Of a DNA stretch of 64,000 nucleotides, positions 1-9,648 are shown piece after piece. The position numbers and the translations under genes were made by a program. The notes beneath the pieces are model-generated. The model was given only the letters and a program-made list of their open reading frames with translations. It did no database searches and had not been told where the DNA came from. The DNA is from Calditrichaceae bacterium (GTDB lineage Bacteria > Calditrichota > Calditrichia > Calditrichales > JBFXGD01), in the NCBI GenBank assembly GCA_050173015.1, contig JBFXLE010000004.1:64001-128000 (forward strand). Reading direction: 5' to 3'. The number at the start of each line of letters is the position of its first letter. Position 1 is the stretch's first letter.

Positions 1-8
1 TGGTTTAT

Positions 9-1523
9 ATGATCTCTGTATTGAGTGTCGGAGTCTATTATTCCAGGTACAATAGGAACAGCACCGATTATTTTTTAGGCGGCAGAAAATTCGGCTGGAT
101 AACCATCGGTCTGTCACTATTCATCGCGAATATTGTTATTGAACAATTTATCGGAATGTCCGGATTAAATAATGGAAACGGTATCCTAGCCGGGTATCTT
201 GAGTTTCTGGCGGCCGTCTTAATTCTTCTTTCCATTTGGGTTTTGATGCCTGTCATTTTTAAATCGAATATTTTTACAATTTCCGAACTGTTTGAACAGC
301 GATTTAATCCCGCAAGCAGAATATATATCACCTCTGTCACTCTCATTATTTTTGTAATAACAAATCTAACCATAAGCCTGTATGTCGGTTGTTTTTTATT
401 AAATAAAACAATGGGCTGGGATATGGTGACATCCGGAGTCGTATTGATTGTTGTGACAGGTATCTATTCTATAACCGGGGGAATGAAAGCAGTGATGTAC
501 ACGGGTGTGTTGCAGGCCGTAATACTTCTATCCGGTTTACTCATGCTTATGTTTTTCGGTCTCGGTGAAGCGGGAGATTTGAACGCGATACTGACCCGGT
601 CGGAAACTGTTTTTTCAATATTCCACCCATTGAATGATCCTGATCTCCCCTGGACCGGGGTGTTTTTTGCCTTGCCCGTCCTGGGAATATGGTATTGGTA
701 TATTGATCAATTTGTCGCCCAGAGAATGATCGCGGCGGAAAATATAGGTCAGGCCCGTAAAGGCGGTTTTTTTGCCGCGGGACTGAAAATATCATCCATA
801 TTCCTGATCGCTTTTCCTGTGATTATCGCTGTTTCCCTTTTTCCGGAAATTTCACCCGATCAGGCGTTTGTGGCGCTGACCATGAGCCATATCATACCCT
901 TTGGAATAAAAGGACTGGTGATATCGGGGATTCTGGCGGCTGTGATGTCCTCTATCGGACATTGTTTCAATGGTTCTTCAACATTGATCACGATGGATTT
1001 TTATCGGCGATTAAAACCGGCGGCTACTGAACACGCGCTTGTTCTGACCGGGCGGCTCACGTCCGCGTTTTTTGCGCTTCTCGCCATTATTATCGTTTTG
1101 TTAATCAGGAATCTGGATTTCCAGATGCTGAAATTTTTAATCATTCTTTATGTCTATATCACACCACCTGTAGCAGCCGTATTTCTGTTGGGTGTTTTAT
1201 GGAAATCAATTTCCGGACCAACCGCTTTGTGGACGATGATTACCGGTCTGGCAATAAGTTTGGCCCGGGTATTGATGATTATAATGAGCAACGAAATTTA
1301 TTCCGTTTCCTGGCTTGATTGGTTTGTACAGATTAATCCATTGAATTATGGTCTATTCTTATTCGCGTTCTCACTTTTGTTGATGAGTGTGCTTACGCTG
1401 ACGGAAAAAATCAGGAATTATAAGAAGGACAATGCGCCTGTTGCCGGGTTCAGTGAGCCTGAGACCGAAGAGATGAGTACCGGAAAGAAAAAATCCTTGG
1501 GTCACTTGAACTCACGGATTTAA
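9..1523 (+). CDS. Sodium:solute symporter (SSS/SLC5) family, divergent; probably 5'-truncated by the window edge
   Basis: DYFLGGRK, EQFIGMSG, YSITGGMKAVMYT, WYWYIDQFVAQR motifs; many TM helices; frame stays open upstream of position 9. Confidence 0.9.
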   Translation: MISVLSVGVYYSRYNRNSTDYFLGGRKFGWITIGLSLFIANIVIEQFIGMSGLNNGNGILAGYLEFLAAVLILLSIWVLMPVIFKSNIFTISELFEQRFNPASRIYITSVTLIIFVITNLTISLYVGCFLLNKTMGWDMVTSGVVLIVVTGIYSITGGMKAVMYTGVLQAVILLSGLLMLMFFGLGEAGDLNAILTRSETVFSIFHPLNDPDLPWTGVFFALPVLGIWYWYIDQFVAQRMIAAENIGQARKGGFFAAGLKISSIFLIAFPVIIAVSLFPEISPDQAFVALTMSHIIPFGIKGLVISGILAAVMSSIGHCFNGSSTLITMDFYRRLKPAATEHALVLTGRLTSAFFALLAIIIVLLIRNLDFQMLKFLIILYVYITPPVAAVFLLGVLWKSISGPTALWTMITGLAISLARVLMIIMSNEIYSVSWLDWFVQINPLNYGLFLFAFSLLLMSVLTLTEKIRNYKKDNAPVAGFSEPETEEMSTGKKKSLGHLNSRI

Positions 1524-1635
1524 CCTGTTTAAGGCGATTTAATAATCAAAGGAAATACCATATTTCCATATGCAGATTAAAATTAAAAGTCAGTTCGTGT
1601 CTAATTAATCAAAAACCGTATAACGGAGGTAAACT

Positions 1636-3165
1636 ATGAAGTCAACATTGTTACTTTTAGTGTTTTCGTTTTTTCTGGTGTCCGCTGGTATGGCCCAAGA
1701 TATCAACGTAACTTTTCAGGTGGATCTGAAAGTTAAGACAGCAGAAGGTTTGTTTGTCCCTGGTACTGATGGCGTAAGTGTTCGCGGCAGTTTCATGAAT
1801 GAAGCCGGCTATGATGGTGACTGGTTCCCATCCGAAGGCGCCTTTTGGCTGAGCGACGCCGATGAAGATACCATTTACAGCGCGATAATACCGATCGACG
1901 CGGCGAGTGTAGGCACTTTGTTTGAATATAAATTTCAAATTAATGATGCCATTTGGGAAAATGATCCAAACAGATCCTTTACATTGTCCGATCAGGATAT
2001 GATCCTCCCTGTTGTTTTGTTTGACCGTGATAGTGTTGTCACTATTCAGGTTACCAACACACTTAATTTTACAGTGGATTTATCAAACATTTATGGAACC
2101 GGCAGCGGCTATTTTGATCCGGATGTCGATCAGTTGCGTCTTGAAGGTCTGGATTGGGTTGGAGCCATTGTCATAGCCGATCAAAGCGAGCGTGTGTTTA
2201 CAGAAGATCCGTTCAGCCCCGGCATTTTTCACACGACAATGGTCATTCAGGGTGTGGAAGGTGATGAGACAAAATATAAATGCAAAGCCTCTCCGGAAGA
2301 AGATTTTTTCAATTGGGGCTGGGAAATAACACCGGATTATTGGTACACGATTCAGCCGGATGGCTATGAGGCGGATATTCCGGTATTCACACCGAATGTG
2401 TTCCCGGTTCAGCCTCCACTGACCGAAGAAGTTACCATTCTTTTTCAGGTGAATATGAGCGATGCTTATAATGTTTATACAGATGAAAAAATTGATCCTT
2501 CAGTCATTGAATGGGTTGGATTAAAGGGTCAGAATTCCGTGCTTGGCAGTTGGGGTGGCGATTGGCTGTCTTCAGATACTCTTGCGACGGATTCAACTGA
2601 TATAACCATGCATGTTTTAAATGATGACGGCAAAAATGGCGATAAAGCGGCCGGTGATAATATCTATTCTAAGAGTATTACTTTTCCTGTTGGCAATGAC
2701 GGTGGCCCCGGTCTTTACAAGTACGGCGCGTTTTATGCCGGCGCGGAGACAATTAATGGTGGTCAGAAGCCGCTTGACAACGAAATGCATGGCACAGATC
2801 ACTGGACTAATGTAAAGGTCGCTGACATTACGGAAGTCATGGACAATTTTGGTTCACTTGAACCTGTCACGGCCATTTCTGATGATCCACGCTTTATTCC
2901 CGAAAAAATACATCTGGCTCAAAATTATCCAAATCCGTTTAATCCTGTAACTACGATTAACTATTATTTACCGGGTCATGACCGTGTGGAGCTGGCTGTA
3001 TTTAATATTCTTGGGCAAAAAGTTTCCACTTTGGTAAACGGTATGCAGAGAGCGGGAGAGCATACTGTACAATTGAATGCTACTGATATGGCATCGGGTG
3101 TATATTTTTACCGGTTAAGCACTTCGACTCAGACCATTACAATGAAAATGCTGTTGGTAAAATAA
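1636..3165 (+). CDS. Secreted protein with CBM20-like (starch-binding-like) repeats and T9SS-type C-terminal sorting domain
   Basis: Signal peptide; repeated VTFQVD/LNFTVD/ILFQVN domain starts with EYKF..W; LNDDGKNGDKAAGDNIYS motif; C-terminal QNYPNPFNP...SGVYFYRL...KMLLVK; RBS GGAGG. Confidence 0.75.
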   Translation: MKSTLLLLVFSFFLVSAGMAQDINVTFQVDLKVKTAEGLFVPGTDGVSVRGSFMNEAGYDGDWFPSEGAFWLSDADEDTIYSAIIPIDAASVGTLFEYKFQINDAIWENDPNRSFTLSDQDMILPVVLFDRDSVVTIQVTNTLNFTVDLSNIYGTGSGYFDPDVDQLRLEGLDWVGAIVIADQSERVFTEDPFSPGIFHTTMVIQGVEGDETKYKCKASPEEDFFNWGWEITPDYWYTIQPDGYEADIPVFTPNVFPVQPPLTEEVTILFQVNMSDAYNVYTDEKIDPSVIEWVGLKGQNSVLGSWGGDWLSSDTLATDSTDITMHVLNDDGKNGDKAAGDNIYSKSITFPVGNDGGPGLYKYGAFYAGAETINGGQKPLDNEMHGTDHWTNVKVADITEVMDNFGSLEPVTAISDDPRFIPEKIHLAQNYPNPFNPVTTINYYLPGHDRVELAVFNILGQKVSTLVNGMQRAGEHTVQLNATDMASGVYFYRLSTSTQTITMKMLLVK

Positions 3166-3235
3166 GGAAATATTTCCTAAACGAAAATGAATGGTGAGAG
3201 CTGTGATATAGTCATCAAAAATTAGTTAAGAAATT

Positions 3236-3288
3236 GACAGGGTAGCATGAGAAACAGAAAGAAGGCTCTGTGACTTTGTTATCCTGTC
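3236..3288 (+). other. Intergenic RNA hairpin (possible attenuator or mRNA-stabilising stem)
   Basis: GACAGGGTAGCA (3236-3247) pairs with TGTTATCCTGTC (3277-3288) using two G-U pairs; inner ACAGA/TCTGT stem. Confidence 0.5.
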
Positions 3289-3325
3289 TTTAATAATAAT
3301 TCATAATTAGCCGAATAGAAATTCA

Positions 3326-6085
3326 ATGAAATTTTATTTAATGATAGTACGGATCATGCTGCCGGGATTATGTTTGTTTTCATTTCTGCAGGCGGGTGTG
3401 ACAGGAAAGATTGCCGGCGCCGTGAAAGATATATCTACCGGAGAACCGCTTGCCGGAGTGAATATTGTAGTCGAAGGCAAAAATATTGGCGCCGCCACCG
3501 ATCTGGATGGATATTTTGTGATTTTAAATGTACCTCCCGGTGTCTATACCGTTTCGGCATATTCGATCGGATATGTCACAATATCCATGCAGAATGTAGA
3601 TGTATCCATCGATCTAACCGCGCGGGTGAATTTTGATCTTCAGCAAACGACTCTTGAGTCTTCAGAGACGGTGGTTGTAGAAGCGGAACGCCCGATTATT
3701 ACGCGTGACCTGACCGCGAGTACCGCTGTTGTGGGCAGCAGCACAATTGACGCCCTTCCGGTGACGGAGCTCAGCGAGATATTGGAGCTGCAGGCGGGTG
3801 TTATCGACGGCCATGTTCGCGGCGGGCGAAGCGGAGAAGTAGTTTACGCGATCGATGGTGTTCCCGTAACGGATACCTATGACGGATCGACTGTCGTTGA
3901 TGTCAATACCAGCGCGATTCAGGAGTTACAATTTGTAAGCGGCGCGTTTAACGCCGAATATGGTAAAGCGCTGTCCGGTTATGTTAATATCGCCACGAAA
4001 GAGGCCAGCAATAAATTGGAAGCCGGCATTACCAGTTACGGCGGTGATTATATCAGTAGTCACACCGATATTTTCAGGGGAATTGACCGCTTTGATATAA
4101 CGGCGATCCGTGATATTGAGGGTTTTGTGAGTTTACCTTTAGTAAAAGATAAACTTTCCTTTTATGGAAATGTACGATATATATATTTTGATGGCTGGAT
4201 GAACGGTAAAAAGGTCTTTGAACCCTGGGATATTACCGTTAATAAGGGACCGAGCGAACCGATAGAGGATCGTTATGATATTCAGTCCAGCGGTGACGGA
4301 AAATATGTATCAATGAACTGGAACAGAAAAATAAACGCGCATACTAAATTAACCTATACTCCATTTGCCGGGATAAAGCTGAACTATAATCTGATGTTGG
4401 AAAAAGTCGCCTATCAGGACTATGATCATAGTTTCTCCTATAATCCAGATGGTGATTTTCAACGCTTTCGTAACGGCTTTACAAATATTTTGGGTATGAC
4501 GCATGTTCTTAATGCGGCCACATTTTACCAGTTCAACCTCTCATATTTCAGCAAAGAATATAAACATTACGTCTATGAAGATCCTTATGATTCACGTTAT
4601 ACTCACTATGATCTGTTGAATCAACAGCCGCAGGATGTGCCCAGTTTTTTAACCGGGGGTACAAAGAATCAGCATTTTTACCGTAAAACAAATACATATT
4701 CGGCAAAACTGGATATAACATCCCAAATTACCAAACGGAACCTGATAAAAGGCGGCATTGAGTTCAGCAGGCATAAACTTACATACGACAATTATTATTT
4801 GTTGCAGGAGGCAGGTCTGCCGAGCCCGTCGGAAAGCGGAGATCCATTTGTGAAAACACGGATCCCGGATCCGGATAATCCGAGCGAAAATCTTTCGATT
4901 GACCGCTACACCCGTGAACCCATGGAGATATCCGCTTATTTGCAGGATAAAATTGAATTTGACCAGTTGATCATCAACCTGGGTCTCCGGTATGATGTTT
5001 TTATGCCCGAAGGGCAAATATTATCTGATCCCTCGGATCCTGATATTTATCGCCCTAAAAGACCGGAAAACATCGAGAAGACCATAGAGGAGAGATCAAC
5101 CTACTGGTACAAAGACGCGTCGATCAAATCGCAATTCAGTCCGCGGTTGGGAGTTTCCTTTCCGTTCAGCACAAACGGGGTCTTTCATTTTTCATACGGT
5201 CATTTCTTCCAGATACCAAACTTCGAACTGCTGTACCAGAATCCGCAATATAAGTTCGGCACCGGTACCGGAAATCTCGGCATCGCGGGTAATCCCGATC
5301 TGAAACCGGAACAAACCATAAATGGGGAAGTGGGCTTTTCCTATGGTTTAAACAGAAGCCTGTCAATTGATATTACGGGATATTTTCGTGATATCCGTAA
5401 CTTAGCGGGAACACGCGCCGACGAGATATATATGTTTGGAGGATCGGGAAGCTACAGCCAGCTTGTTAACAGTGATTTTGGTTTCGTCCGGGGAATAGTT
5501 TTTACCCTGGATAAGCGATTCAGTGATAACTGGTCGGCAAAAATTGATTATACCTTCCAGACGGCAAAAGGAAACGCTTCCGATCCGGCAGCGACCAGAA
5601 ACCAGCAGGTTAGCGGCCAGGAGCCTGAGATTCAGTTGATAAATCTGGATTTTGATCAAACGCATACGGTTAACGCCACATTTAATTATGTCACAAATAA
5701 CCGGTGGGGAATAAGTGTGATCGGGCGATATGGCAGCGGAATGCCATATACACCTTCACAATCGATTGACATATCCAAGCTATTGACGAACTCAGAAATA
5801 AAACCATCATTTTATAATGTGGATTTGAAGCTCCGCAAGGATTTAATCATCAACACGCGCGCGGTTACCTTTTTTGCGCGAATTTATAATTTGTTTGATT
5901 TTAAAAATGAGATAAATGTTTACAATGACAGCGGCACAGCTGATTTTACTCTGGAAGAATATTTACGGCAGCAGCAGGATCTGCCGGCTTTGGTGAATAC
6001 GCTGAATGAATACTACCGCATTCCTTATTATTATTCTGAGCCGCGCCGGTTGGAATTGGGTTTAACCCTTCAATTATCTAATTAA
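3326..6085 (+). CDS. TonB-dependent receptor (carboxypeptidase-regulatory-like N-domain, plug, beta-barrel)
   Basis: TGKIAGAVKD..TGEPLAGVNI, HVRGGRSGE...IDGVPV, GAFNAEYG, NLGLRYD, SPRLG, GNPDLKPE, terminal PRRLELGL. Confidence 0.95.
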   Translation: MKFYLMIVRIMLPGLCLFSFLQAGVTGKIAGAVKDISTGEPLAGVNIVVEGKNIGAATDLDGYFVILNVPPGVYTVSAYSIGYVTISMQNVDVSIDLTARVNFDLQQTTLESSETVVVEAERPIITRDLTASTAVVGSSTIDALPVTELSEILELQAGVIDGHVRGGRSGEVVYAIDGVPVTDTYDGSTVVDVNTSAIQELQFVSGAFNAEYGKALSGYVNIATKEASNKLEAGITSYGGDYISSHTDIFRGIDRFDITAIRDIEGFVSLPLVKDKLSFYGNVRYIYFDGWMNGKKVFEPWDITVNKGPSEPIEDRYDIQSSGDGKYVSMNWNRKINAHTKLTYTPFAGIKLNYNLMLEKVAYQDYDHSFSYNPDGDFQRFRNGFTNILGMTHVLNAATFYQFNLSYFSKEYKHYVYEDPYDSRYTHYDLLNQQPQDVPSFLTGGTKNQHFYRKTNTYSAKLDITSQITKRNLIKGGIEFSRHKLTYDNYYLLQEAGLPSPSESGDPFVKTRIPDPDNPSENLSIDRYTREPMEISAYLQDKIEFDQLIINLGLRYDVFMPEGQILSDPSDPDIYRPKRPENIEKTIEERSTYWYKDASIKSQFSPRLGVSFPFSTNGVFHFSYGHFFQIPNFELLYQNPQYKFGTGTGNLGIAGNPDLKPEQTINGEVGFSYGLNRSLSIDITGYFRDIRNLAGTRADEIYMFGGSGSYSQLVNSDFGFVRGIVFTLDKRFSDNWSAKIDYTFQTAKGNASDPAATRNQQVSGQEPEIQLINLDFDQTHTVNATFNYVTNNRWGISVIGRYGSGMPYTPSQSIDISKLLTNSEIKPSFYNVDLKLRKDLIINTRAVTFFARIYNLFDFKNEINVYNDSGTADFTLEEYLRQQQDLPALVNTLNEYYRIPYYYSEPRRLELGLTLQLSN

Positions 6086-9000
6086 TGAAGCAGAGGGTTT
6101 TGATGAAGAACAGCAGTATATATATTTTTTTAATTTTCATGGTATTTGTCCTGACAGGATTTAATCAATCATTTGGCCAGTATGAAAAAAGTACACCGAC
6201 AGCCCGGAGGGTGGGAAATCATAATGGCAACCAGGTACGGACAACTTTTACGAATTATGGTGTGATTGGCCAGCCCGGAAGTCAGGGAACTAATTGCGCC
6301 TGGAAGTATGACGCCAACGGATATGCCACTGATATACAGCCTCTTGTGGGCGTCCGCCTTCCCATCCGTGATTATCGTGTCGCGGGAGTGTATGACGGTG
6401 TGCCAGATACGCTGTTTTCAGTCATTGGCTGTAATGCCGACCGCTCCGGGGTGCCCGATTATGATCCGGGTGGCGGTCAGTTTTGGGGATTTGAACCGAT
6501 CCCCGGTTTTTTTAATCCATCCCTCGATGCATTAGGTATCGGCGTGGCCATGAATCATCTCCCGCAAACCTGGCCCGCGTATTGGCCGGATCATCCTGAT
6601 TGGATAGGTAGTAACGGAAGCGCGGAATGGAATGGTTACTTCGGCCGCGGCGTGGAGAATTCTGATCAGGAGAGTTATTTTTTGATGGATGATGCCAATG
6701 ATCTGAAAATGTGGCAGCGCTATCAATTCTTGCCCGACAGTAATGATACAAGCCGCAAGGGACAGGGAATTCAGGTGGCTGTTCGGGGTATGCAATGGTC
6801 CAATTTTCTGGCGCAGGATGTCATCTTCTGGGTTTATGAAATTACGAACGTGGGGACGGAAGTTTATGACCAGGCTTCTTTTGGAACTTTAATAGGCACT
6901 TATCTGGGTGTCGGGCCCCAGGGCGGAACGGAATGGATGGATGACGCTTCATTCTTTAATGTCCGCGAAGCGATCGTTTATACCTGGGACTTTGATCAAT
7001 ACATCAATCCTTCGGCGAATCCCAAATGGCAGCCCAATCCATATGAAGTCGGTTATATCGGATACGCGTTTCTGGAATCTCCGGGTAACCCTTACGATGG
7101 CATTGACAATGACGGGGACAACGCGCCCAGTGGTTCAGCTCCGTATTTTAATGAGGGAGACTTTGTTCCGCGGACAGTCAAGGCCGGTGATCGATTAATT
7201 TTGATCAATAAGGATACCTATGAAAGGACTTTATTTGTCATGCCCAATGAGCGGACTAATGTTGTCTCTCTCGGCAAGACATTTACACTTATCCCCGATA
7301 CAACTATCCTTGAAGAAGGTAATATGAAGCTTGGAGGCACGTCGGGTTTAACCATTAACAAAAACGCGTTTGATGGTCTGGATAATGATCTTGACGGAAT
7401 GATTGACGAAAATTACCAATTGCATTATCGTCAGTATAAAGAAACCACAGAGGGGAAAGTACTCATAGATACGCTGGCTCCGGTCCAGCATTTTGATTAT
7501 ATCAACGGTATCGGTCTCAACGATCTTTTAATCGACGAAGCCAGGGATGACGGTATTGACAATGATGGTGACTGGGATCCGATGGTGGATGATGTGGGCG
7601 CGGACGGGAAGCCCGGCACCGGCGATTATGGCGAGGGTGATGGTCAGCCCACAAGCGGTGAACCACATTTTGATCAAAAAGATGTGGATGAATCTGACCA
7701 GCTCGGTCTCACCAGTTTTGATTATTTTGTTCCTTCAACAGATATAGATATGAGTGATGAAAAAGAGATGTGGGAACGATTGCGTCCGGGCCGGTTTGAT
7801 GTGCCCGAGTCGATTGTCGATAACCGCGCGGTCAGGGGAGAGGACGGCGATTTTATTTTCGGATCGGGTTATTTCCCTTTACTTCCGGGAAAAACAGAAC
7901 GATTCTCGATGGCTTTAGTTTTCGGTGATGACTATGAAGCTGTTGTACGCAGTAAGAATATTGCTCAGTTGATATATAATTCTAATTACAATTTTCCAAG
8001 ACCCCCGACAAAACCAACTTTGACAGCGGTTCCCGGGGACGGCAGTGTGACATTGTATTGGGATAAGGAAGCCGAAAAATCTTATGATTTCTCTTTGCAG
8101 GAATTTGATTTTGAGGGGTATAAGATATACAAAAGCACGGATCCCGGTTTTTCCGACGCGAAAGTTATATCAAATGGTTATGGACAAATTGTTGACTATA
8201 AACCCTTTGTCCAATATGATCTCAATAATTCAGTAAGCGGTTTTTTTAATTCAGACCCATTGTTATATGAGCTCAGCAGCGGTAAGCCATTTTATCTTGG
8301 CAATGACAGCGGTATTAAAAACAGTTTTGTCGATACCGATGTGATCAACGGACGCACTTATTATTATGCCGTAACAGCGTATGATCGCGGAGATGAAACC
8401 GAATCAATTTATCCGTCGGAAAACACAAAAACCATTTATCGTGACGCGGCGGGCAATCTGGTTCTTGATAGAAATACCGCGGCTGTCACGCCGACCGCTC
8501 CGGTCGCCGGTTATGTGACTCCTGAATCCGGACTTTCCGCTGACCGTGTCGCGGGGTATTCGACATTTATACCCTTCGCCGAAATCGTTGATCAAACCAA
8601 TCTGAAACCAACAACTTATGAAATATCATTTTTAGACTCACTGATCCGGGATGTGCCGGTTGCATTCGCTTATAATATCGTTGATTCAGCGAGCGGTGAT
8701 ACGGTTTATTGGGGGAACACCAATCTGCAAAAGGAAAACGGAGATGTCTTTGACGGCATTCGCTTCTCTTTCAATACACGATATCAGGTATTGGATAGCG
8801 TGCGGCTTGATACATCGAAGAGCGGCTGGAATAATGAAAGAAACGATAATCTTGTTCCGGTCGTTTCAGAATTTAAATTCGGAAATATTGTCAGTACCCG
8901 ATTCCCGAAAGATTATTTGTTCGTATTTTATGAAGAGAGAAACCAGACATCTTCCCGGTTACCTCTAATTTTCGGCACCAGTTCTCCTCTTCAAACCATT

Positions 9001-9639
9001 GCCACAAATTTTGCCGTTTATGATGTAACGGATTCTACCAATCATAAAAAAATCCAATATGGCTTTGTGGAGTCGCCAAGCACACCAAAGGATACCCTGA
9101 GTCATTTTGACAGCGTGTATTTATCAAATGAGGACGGAAGTCAGCTATCATGGCGCATAACATTTACAAAACCGCCTGCCTGGCTTGGTGTTGATGCTGC
9201 CGTGCCACAGGAAGGCGATAGCCTGTATTTGTCATTTTTTAAACCGTTTACTTCAAAAGACCGGTTTGTATATCATTCCAAATTGGCAAAAGTGGATTCT
9301 AAACTCGCGCGGGACGAAATGGACGATATCCGGGTAGTTCCCAATCCTTATGTGGTGACCAATGTGTATGAAGAACCGCTTCCGTCTCAGGTGCGTGGCA
9401 GGGGAGAACATGTGGTGAATTTTATAAACCTACCCGCCGGTTCGACGATTCAAATCTTTGCTTCAAACGGATATCATGTAAGAACAATCCAACACACCGG
9501 CAATTTGTTTGACGGTACAAGCACATGGGATTTAAGGACAAAAGAAGGATTGGATGTGGCCGCCGGCGTTTATTTTTACGTCATTGAAGCGCCCGGAATC
9601 AAGCAGAAAAAAATGGGTAAATTAGCAATCATTAAGTAG
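6085..9639 (+). CDS. Large secreted/surface protein with DxDxDG Ca-binding repeats, Fn3-like domain and T9SS-like C-terminal domain
   Basis: Signal peptide; DGIDNDGDN, DGLDNDLDGMIDE, DDGIDNDGDWD; Fn3-like LTAVPGDGSVTLYWD...YYYAVTAYD; C-terminal IRVVPNPY...AAGVYFYVIE...GKLAIIK; ATG overlaps the receptor stop. Confidence 0.75.
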   Translation: MKQRVLMKNSSIYIFLIFMVFVLTGFNQSFGQYEKSTPTARRVGNHNGNQVRTTFTNYGVIGQPGSQGTNCAWKYDANGYATDIQPLVGVRLPIRDYRVAGVYDGVPDTLFSVIGCNADRSGVPDYDPGGGQFWGFEPIPGFFNPSLDALGIGVAMNHLPQTWPAYWPDHPDWIGSNGSAEWNGYFGRGVENSDQESYFLMDDANDLKMWQRYQFLPDSNDTSRKGQGIQVAVRGMQWSNFLAQDVIFWVYEITNVGTEVYDQASFGTLIGTYLGVGPQGGTEWMDDASFFNVREAIVYTWDFDQYINPSANPKWQPNPYEVGYIGYAFLESPGNPYDGIDNDGDNAPSGSAPYFNEGDFVPRTVKAGDRLILINKDTYERTLFVMPNERTNVVSLGKTFTLIPDTTILEEGNMKLGGTSGLTINKNAFDGLDNDLDGMIDENYQLHYRQYKETTEGKVLIDTLAPVQHFDYINGIGLNDLLIDEARDDGIDNDGDWDPMVDDVGADGKPGTGDYGEGDGQPTSGEPHFDQKDVDESDQLGLTSFDYFVPSTDIDMSDEKEMWERLRPGRFDVPESIVDNRAVRGEDGDFIFGSGYFPLLPGKTERFSMALVFGDDYEAVVRSKNIAQLIYNSNYNFPRPPTKPTLTAVPGDGSVTLYWDKEAEKSYDFSLQEFDFEGYKIYKSTDPGFSDAKVISNGYGQIVDYKPFVQYDLNNSVSGFFNSDPLLYELSSGKPFYLGNDSGIKNSFVDTDVINGRTYYYAVTAYDRGDETESIYPSENTKTIYRDAAGNLVLDRNTAAVTPTAPVAGYVTPESGLSADRVAGYSTFIPFAEIVDQTNLKPTTYEISFLDSLIRDVPVAFAYNIVDSASGDTVYWGNTNLQKENGDVFDGIRFSFNTRYQVLDSVRLDTSKSGWNNERNDNLVPVVSEFKFGNIVSTRFPKDYLFVFYEERNQTSSRLPLIFGTSSPLQTIATNFAVYDVTDSTNHKKIQYGFVESPSTPKDTLSHFDSVYLSNEDGSQLSWRITFTKPPAWLGVDAAVPQEGDSLYLSFFKPFTSKDRFVYHSKLAKVDSKLARDEMDDIRVVPNPYVVTNVYEEPLPSQVRGRGEHVVNFINLPAGSTIQIFASNGYHVRTIQHTGNLFDGTSTWDLRTKEGLDVAAGVYFYVIEAPGIKQKKMGKLAIIK

Positions 9640-9648
9640 AGAAAATCG

